Shown here one piece after another: positions 15,451 through 16,809 of a DNA stretch of 16,809 nucleotides; position 1 is the stretch's first letter; the number at the start of each line of letters is the position of its first letter. Both the position numbers and the translations under genes were made by a program. Source of the DNA: Candidatus Eiseniibacteriota bacterium (lineage in GTDB: Bacteria; Eisenbacteria; RBG-16-71-46). Where the stretch lies: the NCBI GenBank assembly GCA_031364845.1, contig JANLWX010000084.1, positions 1-16,809 on the forward strand, in the 5' to 3' direction. The notes under the pieces were generated by a model. It was not told where the DNA came from, did no database searches, and saw only the letters and a list, made by a program, of their open reading frames with translations.

Positions 15451-16809
<1,359 letters not shown>

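Overview
High-GC bacterial chromosomal window with every supported gene on the + strand. The C-terminal FlgD-Ig/T9SS-type-A-like sorting domains suggest an FCB-associated lineage such as Ca. Eisenbacteria or Latescibacterota; this is inference. Four blocks: (1) 1-6192, a tightly packed run of pdxT (partial), a DHH/DHHA1 nrnA-like gene and ccmABCDEF. This is a System I cytochrome c maturation operon with the variant CxxxY CcmE, no ccmG/H in the operon, and a 35-aa ccmD missed by the ORF track. An intrinsic terminator closes it. (2) 6311-8617, a three-gene DNA-damage-tolerance cassette: small DUF6504/ImuB-C-like protein, catalytically intact Y-family polymerase (DinB-like, with clamp motif and RecA-NT-like tail), and DUF72. 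(3) 8836-15268, two overlapping genes for large, probably secreted multidomain proteins with apparently atypical codon usage. The first is an AA5 copper-radical-oxidase-like protein with all Cu/radical ligands and a complete six-blade Kelch propeller inserted in an active-site loop; its signal peptide is out of frame by one base. The second is a BNR/Asp-box propeller with a nested PPC-like domain. (4) 15451-end, trehalose synthase treS, truncated by the window edge and absent from the ORF track. All calls come from reading motifs by eye; no searches were run.
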